64,000 bases of DNA, taken from the NCBI GenBank assembly GCA_963665115.1, contig OY762007.1:2528001-2592000 (forward strand). The letters are read 5' to 3'. Under the pieces are notes generated by a model. That model ran no database searches and was not told the DNA's origin. It worked only from the letters and a program-made list of their open reading frames with translations. Origin of the DNA: an uncultured Rivularia sp. (lineage in GTDB: Bacteria; Cyanobacteriota; Cyanobacteriia; Cyanobacteriales; Nostocaceae). Below are positions 9,213-21,192 of the stretch, one piece after another (the stretch's first letter is position 1; every line of letters begins with the position of its first letter). The position numbers and the translations under genes are program-made.

Positions 9213-11237
9213 TTACTTGGAATTAGGATGCTCGTAAGCACCGATATCGGAAGCATCATCTGCTAACCGTTTTTTTCCATTCTTGTCCATAGCTGCATAG
9301 TCAGGGATTTTACCCGAACCTTTATTAATTGCAGGGGAATCGGAAGATAGGCTGTATTTATTGGCTTTTGAATCTAAGAAACCAGCCGATTTTACTTTAG
9401 CGTTGTTAGTTTGCTCAAAGTTCTTAAGTCCATTTCCAGTTTCATAGATTTCTTCAAACTTATCTGTAAACAGATTGTTATCCAACACAACATCATCTGC
9501 ATCTTTAATTAAACCATTACGGTACTTAGCATCAGCAAAGATATTGTTGCGTACTTTTACATTAGAGGTTTTATCACCTTTAGTGTAATCATCACCATCA
9601 ATTACAATCGATTGAACATTGTTTGCTACTGTATTATTGATTACTTCAACATCACTAACGTTACTAGTTACCATTATTCCTGCACCTCCATTTATACCCT
9701 GTTTCCCGTTCCCATATACAACGTTGTTGTAAACGCGGATATCTTTAACATCACCTTGCTCTGGAACTTCATCAGCAATTACAATTCCATCGGCAACGTT
9801 TTTATAGACAGCATTGTTGTAAATATCAACGTTGAAAGTATTAGCACGATTTCCTTCAACGTAGATAGCGGGACCACCGTTATAACCCCCAGGAGTTCCA
9901 GAGACTTGCGCGACACCAGTCACAGTATTACTGTGAATGGAACCGTTTCGAGAGCCTGTTTTAACATCGATGCCCTCGCGGGTTGCTTCTTTAACAATAT
10001 TGTTGGCAACCTCGAAACCATCAACACCCCAAATACTTAGTGCTTCTTGAGTACCTCTGGTATCTCCTCTACCAGTCCATCTCCAATTTGCTCGTTCAAC
10101 TTTGTTATCCAGCACTTTTATATCTTTACTGGTAACTTCAGCCTCTCCACCTTTGTAGTAACTTTCAGGTAAAACGATGATACCTGAAGCTCCTGTTTCA
10201 AAAGTGTGATTGTTCTGCACAATCATATTATTTGCATCTCTAAGTGAAATTCCAGCCCAGGATGTATTCTCAATTCGGAAGCCATCAATAATCCAGTGCC
10301 CCTGATTAGCAGACTGAATAACACCCTCTCTAAAACCACCTTTTTGGGGGTCGGGGTCGCGCAGAGTTACGTCACCATCAGCTTTTAAGGTAATATGACC
10401 GAGTTTTTCATTACCTGATTTATCTAAGGTAATCAATTCGGTATATGTCCCCGGTTGTACTAATATAGTATCTCCAGCTTTTACCGCAGAGTCTTCCTGT
10501 ACTGAGTAATTGACAGTTTTCCAAGGCTGTTTTTTTGTACCTGGATTATCGTCGCTACCGTTTGGTGAAACATAGTATGTTTTTCCTCCGGAGCTAGAGT
10601 CTTCAGAGGTATCATCGCTACTATCTGAGGAATTATCTGGAGTTTTGTTATCCGTTGGATTTTTCGATTTTGATTCGGAGTCTATTGAATTAAACTCTAT
10701 ATAATCAAAACGGGCAAGTTCGGCATTATCATACTTTCCTTCAATCTTGAATACATCTCCTGGTTGCAGTTTAATTTCCGAATGGGTAACACGAGACGTT
10801 AAAGCCTTGGCAACAGCACCACTTCCAGGTAAATCTTTATCGAATGAGAAGCTTTGAGTCTCACCTGCAACCGTAACTTTTGCAGAAGAAACACCGTCAT
10901 CTTCATCGTAAAAACCCACGTTTACCTCATAAGTACCAGCTTCGCCGTTAAAAACACCTGTTGCTGTTCCAGTATTGCGATCGCTACCTAAAAGAAAAAT
11001 ATGCTTACCACCTGAAGAAACATCATTTGACTCAATTTGATAGTTGCTTAGTTTCAAATCTTCCATTTCGTAGCGTAGAACATCTTCTTCTAAAGTCGGT
11101 AGCATGGAAGAATTAGAAGATGATAATGAACCCTCACTTACCAAGCCTTTTCCATCTAATGCAGAACTAGGCACTAATTCTTGGGGACTTGCAGTTAAAG
11201 CCGATTCATTATTAAGCGGTATGTCGAAATCATTCAT
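9213..11237 (-). CDS. Right-handed parallel beta-helix protein (DUF1565/Pel9-like) with one CBM-like domain
   Basis: Motifs YYVSPNGSDDNPGT...PWKT and PGTY, Asn-ladder repeats, C-terminal SPAINKG...DIGAYE, and a YEMEDL...FDYIEF domain. Confidence 0.8.
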   Translation of the reverse strand: MNDFDIPLNNESALTASPQELVPSSALDGKGLVSEGSLSSSNSSMLPTLEEDVLRYEMEDLKLSNYQIESNDVSSGGKHIFLLGSDRNTGTATGVFNGEAGTYEVNVGFYDEDDGVSSAKVTVAGETQSFSFDKDLPGSGAVAKALTSRVTHSEIKLQPGDVFKIEGKYDNAELARFDYIEFNSIDSESKSKNPTDNKTPDNSSDSSDDTSEDSSSGGKTYYVSPNGSDDNPGTKKQPWKTVNYSVQEDSAVKAGDTILVQPGTYTELITLDKSGNEKLGHITLKADGDVTLRDPDPQKGGFREGVIQSANQGHWIIDGFRIENTSWAGISLRDANNMIVQNNHTFETGASGIIVLPESYYKGGEAEVTSKDIKVLDNKVERANWRWTGRGDTRGTQEALSIWGVDGFEVANNIVKEATREGIDVKTGSRNGSIHSNTVTGVAQVSGTPGGYNGGPAIYVEGNRANTFNVDIYNNAVYKNVADGIVIADEVPEQGDVKDIRVYNNVVYGNGKQGINGGAGIMVTSNVSDVEVINNTVANNVQSIVIDGDDYTKGDKTSNVKVRNNIFADAKYRNGLIKDADDVVLDNNLFTDKFEEIYETGNGLKNFEQTNNAKVKSAGFLDSKANKYSLSSDSPAINKGSGKIPDYAAMDKNGKKRLADDASDIGAYEHPNSK

Positions 11238-11848
11238 GAGTAATTTGTCTCTTGTAAATGAGTTCGGCAAACGCACGCTGATTTCAAACTGACACTTTTA
11301 TTTTTAACAATAAAAATCGAGCTTTCAAGTTATATGAAATACCTCTGAATATAAAAAATATAGATAAATACTCATGAACAATTACTTATATAACAGTCCT
11401 TAATCCATCTATTCACCATTAATATTTTTTGAACGAATTATAAGTATAAACACTTATGTATATTGTTTTTTTTGATTATTATCTTTTAAAATTTATATCT
11501 GTTGTGATTTACGAATAAATAACTAATCATCTAAGTACTTAATTTTATTTAATACATATCAGCAGTAGTAATATCTCTAATAAAGAATCAATAGCATTGA
11601 TTGATTGAGATAGCAGTATATTGTTTGATAAGCTTTATTGACAAAGATTATAGGAATTACAGTCTTTTTGCGATCGCCAAATATCAAATAAAATGTTGAT
11701 GTAATAAAAAGCTCTAAAGTCTCAGGATCGATTGCAAAATAACACAGTCATAGATAGTTGCGAAAACTTATCTAATCGTGAAAAAGAAGGTGTCGGTGAT
11801 AAGAAATAATTTGATTTATTCTTTAACTGGCTAAAATTCTGGGTAAAA

Positions 11849-11992
11849 TCATATCTTGCACTATCGTCTTGAAATTGATTTAAAGGTGGGTGTGAGACGA
11901 GCTAGAAAACCCGGTTTATCCTAATATAAATACGATAAATCCGTTATGATACGAGTAATAAATCGGGTTCCTGACGGTGGTGCAAGATATGA
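11849..11992. mobile_element. MITE-like element with TCATATCTTGCAC terminal inverted repeats
   Basis: Perfect 13-bp IR TCATATCTTGCAC / GTGCAAGATATGA, with an internal AACCCGGTTT...AAATCGGGTT palindrome. Confidence 0.6.
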
Positions 11993-12131
11993 AATATAAG
12001 TAGAAAAGTTCTACATCCCGCAATTTATCACTTAATACGAGAGCGCGTATTCCTTCCTACTAATCTATCCTTATCTATGCGGTAAATCGCTAGATATAAA
12101 AACGTAAAATTTCACTTCTGAGAAAAATTAA

Positions 12132-15100
12132 TTAAACAAGATACTCATAAGCACCAATATCGGGTTCTCCAGTTCCATCTCCATTTCCATCCTCGTCTCG
12201 CTGTATTCCATCTTTGTCGATAGATGCATAATTGGGGATCAAAGCCGAACCTATATCAATAGCAGCAGAAGTTGAAGATAAATGATAATCATTTGCTTGT
12301 AAATCTACAAAACCAATTGATGCAACTTGAGTGTTGTTTGTTTGTGTAAGGTTATTTAATCCGGTTCCACCTTCGTAGAGTACGTTATAACCATTCGTAA
12401 ACAAGTTATTGTCTAAGACTAAATCATTTGCTTCTTTGATGAAACCATTTTGGAAGGTGGAATTAGCGAAAATATTGTTACGGACTAAAACATCAAACGT
12501 TTCGTAGCCACCATAAAAGGTACCGTCAATAAAGATAGATTGAACATTCCCAACGACAGTATTATTGATAATCTCAACATCACTAACGTTGCTAGTTACC
12601 ATTATTCCAGCACCACCGTTTACACCTACGAGTCCATTGCCATAAACAATGTTGTTATAAACTCTAATATCCTTAACATCCCCTTGTTGGGGTATTTCGT
12701 CAGCAATTACAATCCCATCTGCGGTATTGTTGTAGACAATATTGTTGTAAACATCAATGTTGAAAACGTTAGCCCGACTTCCTTCTACATAAATAGCTGG
12801 GCCACCGTTATAACCTGCATTAGTTCCAGAAATTTGTGCAACACCAGTCACGGTATTATTGTGAATGCTACCGTTACGAGAGCCAGTCTTAGCATCTATA
12901 CCCTCGCGGTTTCCTTCTTTCACAATATTGTTTGCAACTTCAAAACCATCTACACCCCAAATACTTAAAGCTTCTTGGGCTCCTGTGAGGGTCTCCTCTA
13001 CCAGTCCATCTCCAGTTTGCTCGTTCAATGGTGTTATTCAGTATCTTGATATCTTGACTGGTAACTTCAGCTTCTCCTCCTCCGAAAAATGTATCTGGCA
13101 TCACAATAATCCCAGAAGCACCTGTTTCAAAAGTATGATTATTTTGCACAATCATATTATTTGCATTTCGTAGCGAGATACCAGCCCAAGATGTGTTTTC
13201 AATTCGGAAGCCATCAATAATCCAGTAACCCCGATTAGCAGACTGAATTACACCCTCTCTAAAATTGCCAACAATAGGGTCTGGATCTTTGAGAATTACG
13301 CTACCATCAGCTTTCAAAGTAATATGACCTAGTTCTTCGTTACCCGATTTATCCAGGGTAATTAATTCTGTGTATGTTCCAGGTTGTACTAATACTGTAT
13401 CTCCTGCTTTAACGCTAGAAAATTTGCTCGCAGCATAGTTGATAGTTTTCCAAGGCTGGTCTGATGTACCTGGATTATTATCGTTACCATTGGGTGAAAC
13501 GTAGTATGTAGTAGGTGTATGAGAATCTATTCTAATAAATTCAATTTTGTCAACACGTGCCGGTTCCCCAGCATTTCCTTGGACTACAATCTCGAAAGAA
13601 TCACCTTGTTGTAACGAGATTTCTGAATGAGTTATCCGCTCGGTTAAACTTGCAGCAGTCGCACCAGCAGAACCTAAATCTTGGTTCCATGAAAAGGTTT
13701 GAGTATCACCCGCAACCGTAACGCTTGCAGAAGAAACTCCATCATTCTCATCGAAATAACTAACTTTTACTTGATAATTTCCAGCTTCACCATTGAAAAT
13801 ACCCGCAGCGGTTCCAGAGCTTGCACCGCTACCAACGAGAGAAACGTGTTTCTCACCAGAAGAAATAACATTGGATTCCTTTAGATAGTTAGTTAGAGTT
13901 AAGTTTTCTGCTTCGTAACTTACAACTGCTTCAGGTGCAGCTTCGACAAAATTAAATTTAATAAAGTCAAAACGTCCGGCTTCACCATTGTTAGATTGTG
14001 CTTCAATCTCGAAAGCATCACCTGGTTTTAGCAAGATTCTTTGATGGGTGATATGTTCGGCTGAAGTTATACCTGACGCACCACCATAACCTAAATCTTG
14101 GTCAAACGAAAAGTTTTTAATATTACCTGCAACTGTAATGCTCGCAGGCGATACTCCATCATTCTCGTCGTAATAACCTACCGTTACATCATAAATTCCT
14201 CTTATACCATTGAAATTACCCCGTGCGATTCCAGAGTTTGCACCGCTACCAACTAGAGAAACATGGTCGTTACCTGAAGAGAGAGCGTATGATTCAACCT
14301 GGAAATTAATCAACTCTAAGTCTTCTACTTCATAACCTATAATTGCTGGTGCATTTGCCACAACATTGAACTCAATAGAGTCAACACGTGCGGGTTCTCC
14401 ACCATTACCTTGGACTCCAATCTCGAAAGTATCACCGGATTCTAACAAAATTGCTGAATGGGTAATACGTTCGGTTAAAGTTGCAGTTGAAGCACCAGCA
14501 GAACCTAAATCCTTGTCCCATAAAAAGTTTTGAGTATTGCCAGCAACCGTTACGCTAGCAGAAGAGACTCCATCACTCTCGTCGTAATAATTGACTTTTA
14601 CTTCGTAAATTCCTTTTTCACCATCGAAAGTACCTGTTGCTGTTCCAGAGCTTGCGTTGCTACCAACTAGAGAAATATGTTTACCACCCGAAGAAAGGTT
14701 ATTAGATTCCTTTAGATAGTTGGTAAGGGTTAAATCTTCTGCTTCGTAAAACACATTTTGAGGTTCGGGTTCCTGAAGGATAAATTCAATCTTGTCAACA
14801 CGTGCGGGTTCCCCGTTGTTCGATTGTCCTTCAATCTTGAAAATATCACCCTGTTCCAACTGGATTGCTGAATGAGTTATCCGCTCGGTTAAAGCTCCAG
14901 ATACGGGACCTGCAAAACCTAAATCTTCGTCAGACAAAAAGCTTTGAGTATTACCTGCTACAGTTACGCTTAAAGGTGATACTCCATCATTTTCGTCGTA
15001 ATAAACTATATTTACTTCATAAATCCCTGCTTCGCCATTAAACACACCTTCCGCAATTCCACTGTTAGTACCTCCATTCGCAAAAATATGGGCACCACCT

Positions 15101-15186
15101 GAAGATATTGGATTTGCTTCAACTTGATAGTTGGTAAGAGTTAAATCTTCTGCTTCATAACTAAGTATTGTGTCGAAACCATTCAT
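12132..15186 (-). CDS. Paralogous beta-helix protein with four tandem CBM-like repeats; frameshift at about 12990
   Basis: Removing one base of GGG at 12989-12991 joins ORFs 12940..15186 and 12132..13028, giving GRGDLTGAQEALSIW versus paralog GRGDTRGTQEALSIW. Four YEAED...DKIEF repeats. Confidence 0.8.
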
Positions 15187-15766
15187 AAGTATTTCTCCAA
15201 AGAAATGAGTTCGGCAAATACACCCTTGTCACAATTAAGCACTGATATTTTTACTTATATTACTTCTATCTAACTGAATTTCAACCTTTTTTATACTTAC
15301 TTCATAGAGTAAATACTTACTTCACAATTCCGACAAATTATTAAGGTTTGTAACTTTTAGTACAACTTCCGATTCTACTTCCAAAAAGTTCATGGAAACT
15401 CGTGAAAAAATGCATTAAATATTTAGAGTAAATTTAAAGCTGACTTTTTAAGATTTTATTGATTGAAAATGACTACTAAACCAACACAAGATGGTGGAGT
15501 AAGGGTAGGGAGTAAAAAACGCTAGTTTTCCAACTTTCAAGTAAATTTGACGTATTTGCCGTTTTGTGTTGAGAATAATTACCCAAATCTTTATTGGGTA
15601 CTGTTATCAGCGACAACTTAAAGTTTTTGTATATATTCAACTAGATGTTGGTAAAATCAACGAGGCAAATTATCAAATCATCAGTTACAAGAGTAATGTT
15701 ACCTTTATTACTCAGGTAACTGAAGTTAATTTTATATTGTCTGGGTCTTCATTACTTGTTATTATT

Positions 15767-17777
15767 ATGCCTGTTAAATATTTTTTATTCTTGAAAGGTT
15801 ATAAATACTGTCAGTGGTTAAGTTTTGCCGTCTTATCCAGTTTTGCTTTAGTAAAACCCACGTATGCTAAAGAATTAAATAATACAGCTAAGTTTTCACA
15901 ATATAATAAAGAACCATTAACTATAGCTTCAAAGGGCATAAGGCTAAAGGATGCTATTCAAAAAAATAAATCGAAGCGTGTCAATTCGGTTTTGCCAATT
16001 TCAAATAGCTTAGATTCAAATTCAAATTCAAACTTAGCTTCCAACTTAACTTCAAAGCAAGCTGTAGATGCAGATATTTTGTGGAGATATCCAGAAGTTC
16101 TTTCTCAAGCACCACAGCGGGATCGAAATTCTCCTCAAGATACCACTAAACCTCCATCAGAGCGGCAGCTTCGGGAACCAAACATACCACCAACTTTACC
16201 ACCACCAGAAGACTTATTAGAACCAAACGGTACACCTGCGACACCAGAAATTAACCCATCTGGAGAACTTTCTCAAAAGATTACTATAGATAATTTTGTT
16301 ATTAAAGGTAGTACGGTTTTTAGTGACGAAGATTTTGATGAAATTACCAAACCTTATACCAATCGTGCAATAACATTCGCCGAACTTTTACAACTGCGAT
16401 CGCAACTGACAAAGCTGTATTTAGATAAAGGGTATATCACTAGTGGAGCTTTTATTCCAACTCAAAAGTTTCAAGACGGTACGGTTGAAATCGAGATAAT
16501 TGAAGGTGAATTAGAAGATATTAAAGTCAGTGGAAACAGCAGGTTAAATTCTGGATATATTCGTTCTCGGATTAGTAGGGGTGCAAGAAAACCTCTGAAT
16601 CGCGAAAAGCTGCTTGAATCATTACAGTTATTGCAGCTAAATCCTTTAATAGACAAGCTTTCAGCCGAACTTTCAGCCGGTACTCGTCCCCGGAGAAAGT
16701 CTATTAGAACTAGATATCAAAGAAAGCAAAACTTTTAACACCCAACTGAGTTTGGATAACGGGCGATCGCCAGCAGTAGGAAGTTTTCGCCGTCAAATTC
16801 AAGTAAGTGAAGCGAACTTATTCGGTTGGGGTGACAGTATCAGCGGTGGTTACAGTAATACCGACGGTAGCAACGCATTTGATTTCAACTACACTTTGCC
16901 AGTAAATCCCCGCAACGGGACTTTATCATTCAGCTACGGTACTTCCGATAGCGATGTAATTGAAAGTCCGTTCAACGTGCTTGATATTCAATCTAAGTCT
17001 AATTACTACGAACTATCACTACGTCAACCCATAGTAGAAACACCCAACAAAGAATTTGCTGTGGGGATAACAGCGAGTCGTCGAGAAAGTAAAGCAAGCT
17101 TGTTTAATGGTGAAATTCCCTTTCCTAATTCACCAGGTGCAGACGAAGACGGAAGAACCCGTATTAGTGCGGTACGTTTCTTTCAAGAATGGACAAATCG
17201 TAGCAGCAGCCAAGTTTTCGCCTTACGTTCTCAGTTCAGCGTTGGATTAGACGCTCTAGATTCCACAACTAACGATACATCTCCCGATAGTCGCTTTTAC
17301 GCTTGGAGAGGACAAGCACAGTGGGTACGCCTTTTAGCACCCGATACACTGTTTTTATTACGGGGCGACGTACAGTTCGCAGATAGACCTTTAGTTCCTT
17401 TAGAGCAAATTGGTATAGGCGGGCAAGAAAGTGTCAGAGGATACCGTCAAGATGCCTTACTTACAGATAACGCCGTTTTTGCATCAGCCGAAGTTAGATT
17501 TCCGGTTGCTCGTTTTCCCGGAGAAAACAACCTTTTGCAAGTTGCTCCCTTCATAGACTTTGGTACTGCTTGGAATCGAGGAGGTAGAGATGATTCCAAC
17601 GGCGGAGAAGGTGAAACCGAAACTCTATTATCTTTAGGACTGGGATTGCGTCTGCAACTACAAGAACGACTCACAGCCCGCTTTGACTGGGGAATTCCCT
17701 TAATTACAGTTGAAGGAGACAAAGACACCTTGCAAGAAAATGGTTTGTATTTTTCCGTAATTTATAATCCGTTTTGA
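15767..17777 (+). CDS. ShlB/FhaC/HecB (TpsB) outer-membrane secretion protein; frameshift at about 16690
   Basis: POTRA motif LYLDKGYITSGA, DNGRSPAVG, VRGY and C-terminal Phe. Deleting one C of CCCC at 16688-16691 joins the two ORFs (RPGESLLELDIKES...LDNG). Confidence 0.88.
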
Positions 17778-17885
17778 GAAGTTAATAGTTGGGGATTGGG
17801 GATTGGGGATTGGGGATGGGACATTACGGATTAGATACTATATAGAGGTAAGAATATTTAACCTTTAACCTTTAACCTTAATGAT

Positions 17886-18608
17886 ATGGACTTGAAATCG
17901 TTAGAAAATAAACTAAACACCAGTGTCGATCGTATAGGAATATGGTGGTTGATTGGGGCTGCTGTAGCTACGGTTGTACTGTGGCAAGTACCCTATGGAG
18001 ATTATATTTTATACCCATTTTCTATCTTAGCTACTTGGTTTCATGAAATGGGTCATGGTTTAGCAGCAATATTTTTAGGTGGAACCTTTCGGCAACTAGA
18101 AATCTTTCCTAATGGTTCTGGTGTAGCTACTCACAGCGGCAGATTATTTTTAGGCCCGATTGGGCGAGCCTTCGTAGCTGCTGCCGGATTGATGGGGCCG
18201 CCAATTGCCGGTGCTATCTTAATTTTGGCATCGCGCAGTTTCAAGACAGCCAGCATCAGTTTAAAAATATTAGGCGGATTTCTACTATTTTCAGTATTAA
18301 TATGGGTGCGATCGCTCTTTGGAATAGTAGCAATTCTACTCTTAGGTTTAATCATCCTTGGTATTGGCATCAAAGGCAATCGTTGGTTTCAAGGATTTAG
18401 CATTCAATTTCTGGGAGTTCAAGCTTGTATAAGTACTTACCATCAACTTGATTATTTGTTTACCCCTACCGCAGGTCCTTTGGGAGTTTCCGATACAGGA
18501 CAAATACAGCGACAATTGTTTTTACCTTATTGGTTTTGGGGTGGATTAATCGCAGTTGCCTCTCTCGTTATTCTCATACAAAGCTTGCGAATAGCTTATA
18601 AGCAGTGA
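17886..18608 (+). CDS. Peptidase M50B-like membrane metalloprotease
   Basis: HEMGH zinc motif, multiple TM segments and an SDT motif. Confidence 0.85.
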   Translation: MDLKSLENKLNTSVDRIGIWWLIGAAVATVVLWQVPYGDYILYPFSILATWFHEMGHGLAAIFLGGTFRQLEIFPNGSGVATHSGRLFLGPIGRAFVAAAGLMGPPIAGAILILASRSFKTASISLKILGGFLLFSVLIWVRSLFGIVAILLLGLIILGIGIKGNRWFQGFSIQFLGVQACISTYHQLDYLFTPTAGPLGVSDTGQIQRQLFLPYWFWGGLIAVASLVILIQSLRIAYKQ

Positions 18609-18659
18609 GCAATTATCAATTATTTATTGTTTATTGATAATTGTTCACTGATGACTGAC

Positions 18660-19226
18660 TCACCCAAACGGTTGTCCCCAAAGTTTCCAATTTTCTTTAT
18701 TGAAAGGGGACCTCCATTTCTGAATTAATTCTAGTTCTAACTTTTGCCTGGGACGAGCTGAATGGGGTGTATCCCACCAAAAAGCAATATTAACTGCTGT
18801 CTTTAAACCGTATTGGTAATGCAAGTCCTGATACTTTTCAATGTATCGCTTGCAATCATGTACTCCTTTCCACCTGTGATTAGATTTACAGGTTTCACCA
18901 ACATATAGAAGTAGATCGGCAGCCATATCTATCACAAAGTAAAGACAAGCTTGACCGGGACTATCTGCTGGTATTCTATAAAATGACAGCGAACAAGGTT
19001 TTAGTTCAAACGGGTCTATTATATCTGAGTCAACGTGTGCTGAAGACACCTCAAATAAAGCACCTTGCAGCACTGGTTCTTTTGTTCTCACTTGTTGTTG
19101 ATGGGCGGATATTTGCTTTTTCCACTTTTTTAAAGCTTTCACATCCATTAACAACACGGGAGTTCTGCTAACTGTTGTAGTTGGCATCTCCGACGGTGAG
19201 AACAAATCAAGCTGATTCGTTTTCAC
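18660..19226 (-). CDS. GIY-YIG nuclease family protein (cyanobacterial type)
   Basis: CLYF...LLYVGET, RWKGVHDCK, LELELI and PFN. Confidence 0.75.
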   Translation of the reverse strand: MKTNQLDLFSPSEMPTTTVSRTPVLLMDVKALKKWKKQISAHQQQVRTKEPVLQGALFEVSSAHVDSDIIDPFELKPCSLSFYRIPADSPGQACLYFVIDMAADLLLYVGETCKSNHRWKGVHDCKRYIEKYQDLHYQYGLKTAVNIAFWWDTPHSARPRQKLELELIQKWRSPFNKENWKLWGQPFG

Positions 19227-19333
19227 GCTTCATTTCCACAGAACGCAACTTGCGAATCCTATCATTAATTTGTGATTAATCAGACATAAAAATAAGTTTT
19301 AATTTTTACTTTGTCAGAGGATATTGATTTGAG

Positions 19334-19526
19334 GTTCGTAGTCAGGAATTTAGTCCTCGTATCAAAGCGCTGAAGCGCTTACTACGAACTTAAAAGAATT
19401 AGTTTGTAGTAAGGACTTTAGTCCTCGTATCAAAGCGAAGACAGCGCTTACTACGAACCTAAAATAACTGGTTTGTAGTAAGGACTTTAGTCCTTGTATC
19501 AAAGCGCTGAAGCACTTACTACGAAC
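19334..19526. repeat. Three tandem REP doublets (GTAG-type) downstream of the RAYT gene
   Basis: About 69-bp units of GTT(C/T)GTAGT.AGGACTTTAGTCCT-CGTATCA-AAGCGCTGAAGCGCTTACTACGAAC. Confidence 0.9.
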
Positions 19527-20123
19527 CTAGAAATTATCCCAATCAACACCAAAATCTTTTACTGGATAATTAACCCAACAATCGCGCAACCATTGTCTTT
19601 CATGATTTTCTAAATACCAGCCTACGCTACATTCAGACCATTCATAAGGAGATTTTACCCAACCATGTTTTACTGAATTGTAATGAATATAATTCAAAGT
19701 TGTATAGTAATGTCTTGCAGAACGGATTGCTCTATCTGAATAAGAGTACCAAACTTTACGATTCCTAACTTTATCTTCTTTGTTCCACTGATAAGAAGTA
19801 GAGCCATGAACTAAACGAAAGATATTACTTAATGAATTAAAATCAGTAACATAAGCTAAAAGGTGGTAATGATTTGGTAGAATTGTCCAAGCGCATATTT
19901 CCAAACCATTTACAATAAATTGTTCAAATATTTTATCTAATAATTGCTGGCGACGGAATTGTAATTTCATGTGATGTTGATGCTCCTAGCAAGCTGCTGT
20001 TAATAAATAGAAATTTTTCTCTCGTATTAAATGAGGTGGAGAATGAGGAGGAAAACCTAAAAATAAGCGTTGCTGTACCAACTCTTTTCGTTGTACTAAT
20101 GTTAAATGGCGATATTCGTACAT
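19527..20123 (-). pseudogene. REP-associated tyrosine transposase (RAYT/TnpA-REP, Y1 HUH) with an in-frame TAG
   Basis: ATG at 20123 gives MYEYRHL...FYLLTAAC*EH (TAG at 19986-19988), in frame with the ORF containing LPNHYHL (HUH), DRAIR, YIHYN.VKHG and YEWS. REPs flank it on both sides. Confidence 0.88.
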
Positions 20124-20228
20124 AGTTTATTAAGTTATTTTCTTATGGCTAAATAATTTAACACTAATCTAATTGACTTATAGGAATTTTGTCAGTAGTT
20201 TGGCTAAATAATGTTGTTTATGTGAAGA

Positions 20229-20353
20229 GTTCGTAGTCAGGACTTTAGTCCTCGTATCAAAGCGCTGAAGCGCTTACTAAGAACCTAAAAGAACTGGTTT
20301 GTAGTCAGGACTTTAGTCCTCGTATCAAAGCGAAGACAGCGCCTAATACAAAC
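20229..20353. repeat. Two tandem REP doublets upstream of the RAYT gene
   Basis: Same unit as 19334-19526. Confidence 0.9.
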
Positions 20354-20362
20354 ATATATTCA

Positions 20363-21118
20363 TCAGCGAATATCCTTATAAAACCGTTTGAGATAGTTAG
20401 TATCAACACCTATCCCCCAAAGGAACCCGATATATAAATAGATTGCATTTGCTTTCCAAGCACCCCAACGTGCAACGCGACGATCTGAACTTTGCACTAC
20501 ACGGTTTACCAAACGTATACTTCCCTTCTGTACAATTTTTCGACATAAATCCCCATCTTCCATGATGGGTAACGCTTCATCAAAACCACCGCAATCCCAA
20601 AAATCATTGCGACGACAAAACATTACTTGATCCCCAAACAATAAACGCAAACCTTTGAAAAACAAATGAGGTTTAAATAGCAACGGCGCATAATAGGTTT
20701 TAAGATAATTATGTAGCGAAGTACCCCAGCGAGTAGTTTGCTCACCAGTCATTAAAGAAATAAAACCACCACAAGCAACCGTTGGATCGGCTAAAGTTTT
20801 ATCAATTAAAGTAATTAGATCGTCGGGTACGGTGGTATCTGCATGGAGGAAGCATAAAATATCTCCGGTTGCTTTTTCTGCTCCATAGTTCATTTGTACC
20901 GAACGTCCCCGATGGTGAGATTCAAGAAGTTGCGTTTTTACCCTTGAAGAAAAAGATTTGAAAGCAGATTCTGCAATTATCGCAGTTTCATCTTCGCTAC
21001 CACCGTCAACCACAATAATTTCTTTGGGTAGTGGTGAGAGTAGAGCGAGTTGACGCAAAGTTCTACCCAAGCTGGTTTCTTCATTAAAAGCCGGAATAAT
21101 TATCGAAACTGAGGCCAT
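20363..21118 (-). CDS. GT2 glycosyltransferase (TIGR04283-like, radical SAM/arsenosugar-associated type)
   Basis: Motifs SIIIPAFNEE, VDGGS, FLHADT, FGDQ, MED and SDRR. Confidence 0.85.
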   Translation of the reverse strand: MASVSIIIPAFNEETSLGRTLRQLALLSPLPKEIIVVDGGSEDETAIIAESAFKSFSSRVKTQLLESHHRGRSVQMNYGAEKATGDILCFLHADTTVPDDLITLIDKTLADPTVACGGFISLMTGEQTTRWGTSLHNYLKTYYAPLLFKPHLFFKGLRLLFGDQVMFCRRNDFWDCGGFDEALPIMEDGDLCRKIVQKGSIRLVNRVVQSSDRRVARWGAWKANAIYLYIGFLWGIGVDTNYLKRFYKDIR

Positions 21119-21192
21119 TAATTATCAGTTATCACTTATCAGTTATCAAATAAATTAAATTACTTAATTCTCAATGCCCAATGCCCAATGCC

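Noticed and set aside
9612..10040. Paired antisense ORFs 9612..10040 and 12540..12968 with similar sequences
   Set aside because: They are shadows of the two paralogous beta-helix genes on the opposite strand.
19334..19526. Regularly spaced repeats resembling a CRISPR array
   Set aside because: The intervening 13-nt segments are near-identical rather than unique spacers, the units are REP doublets flanking a RAYT, and no cas genes are present.
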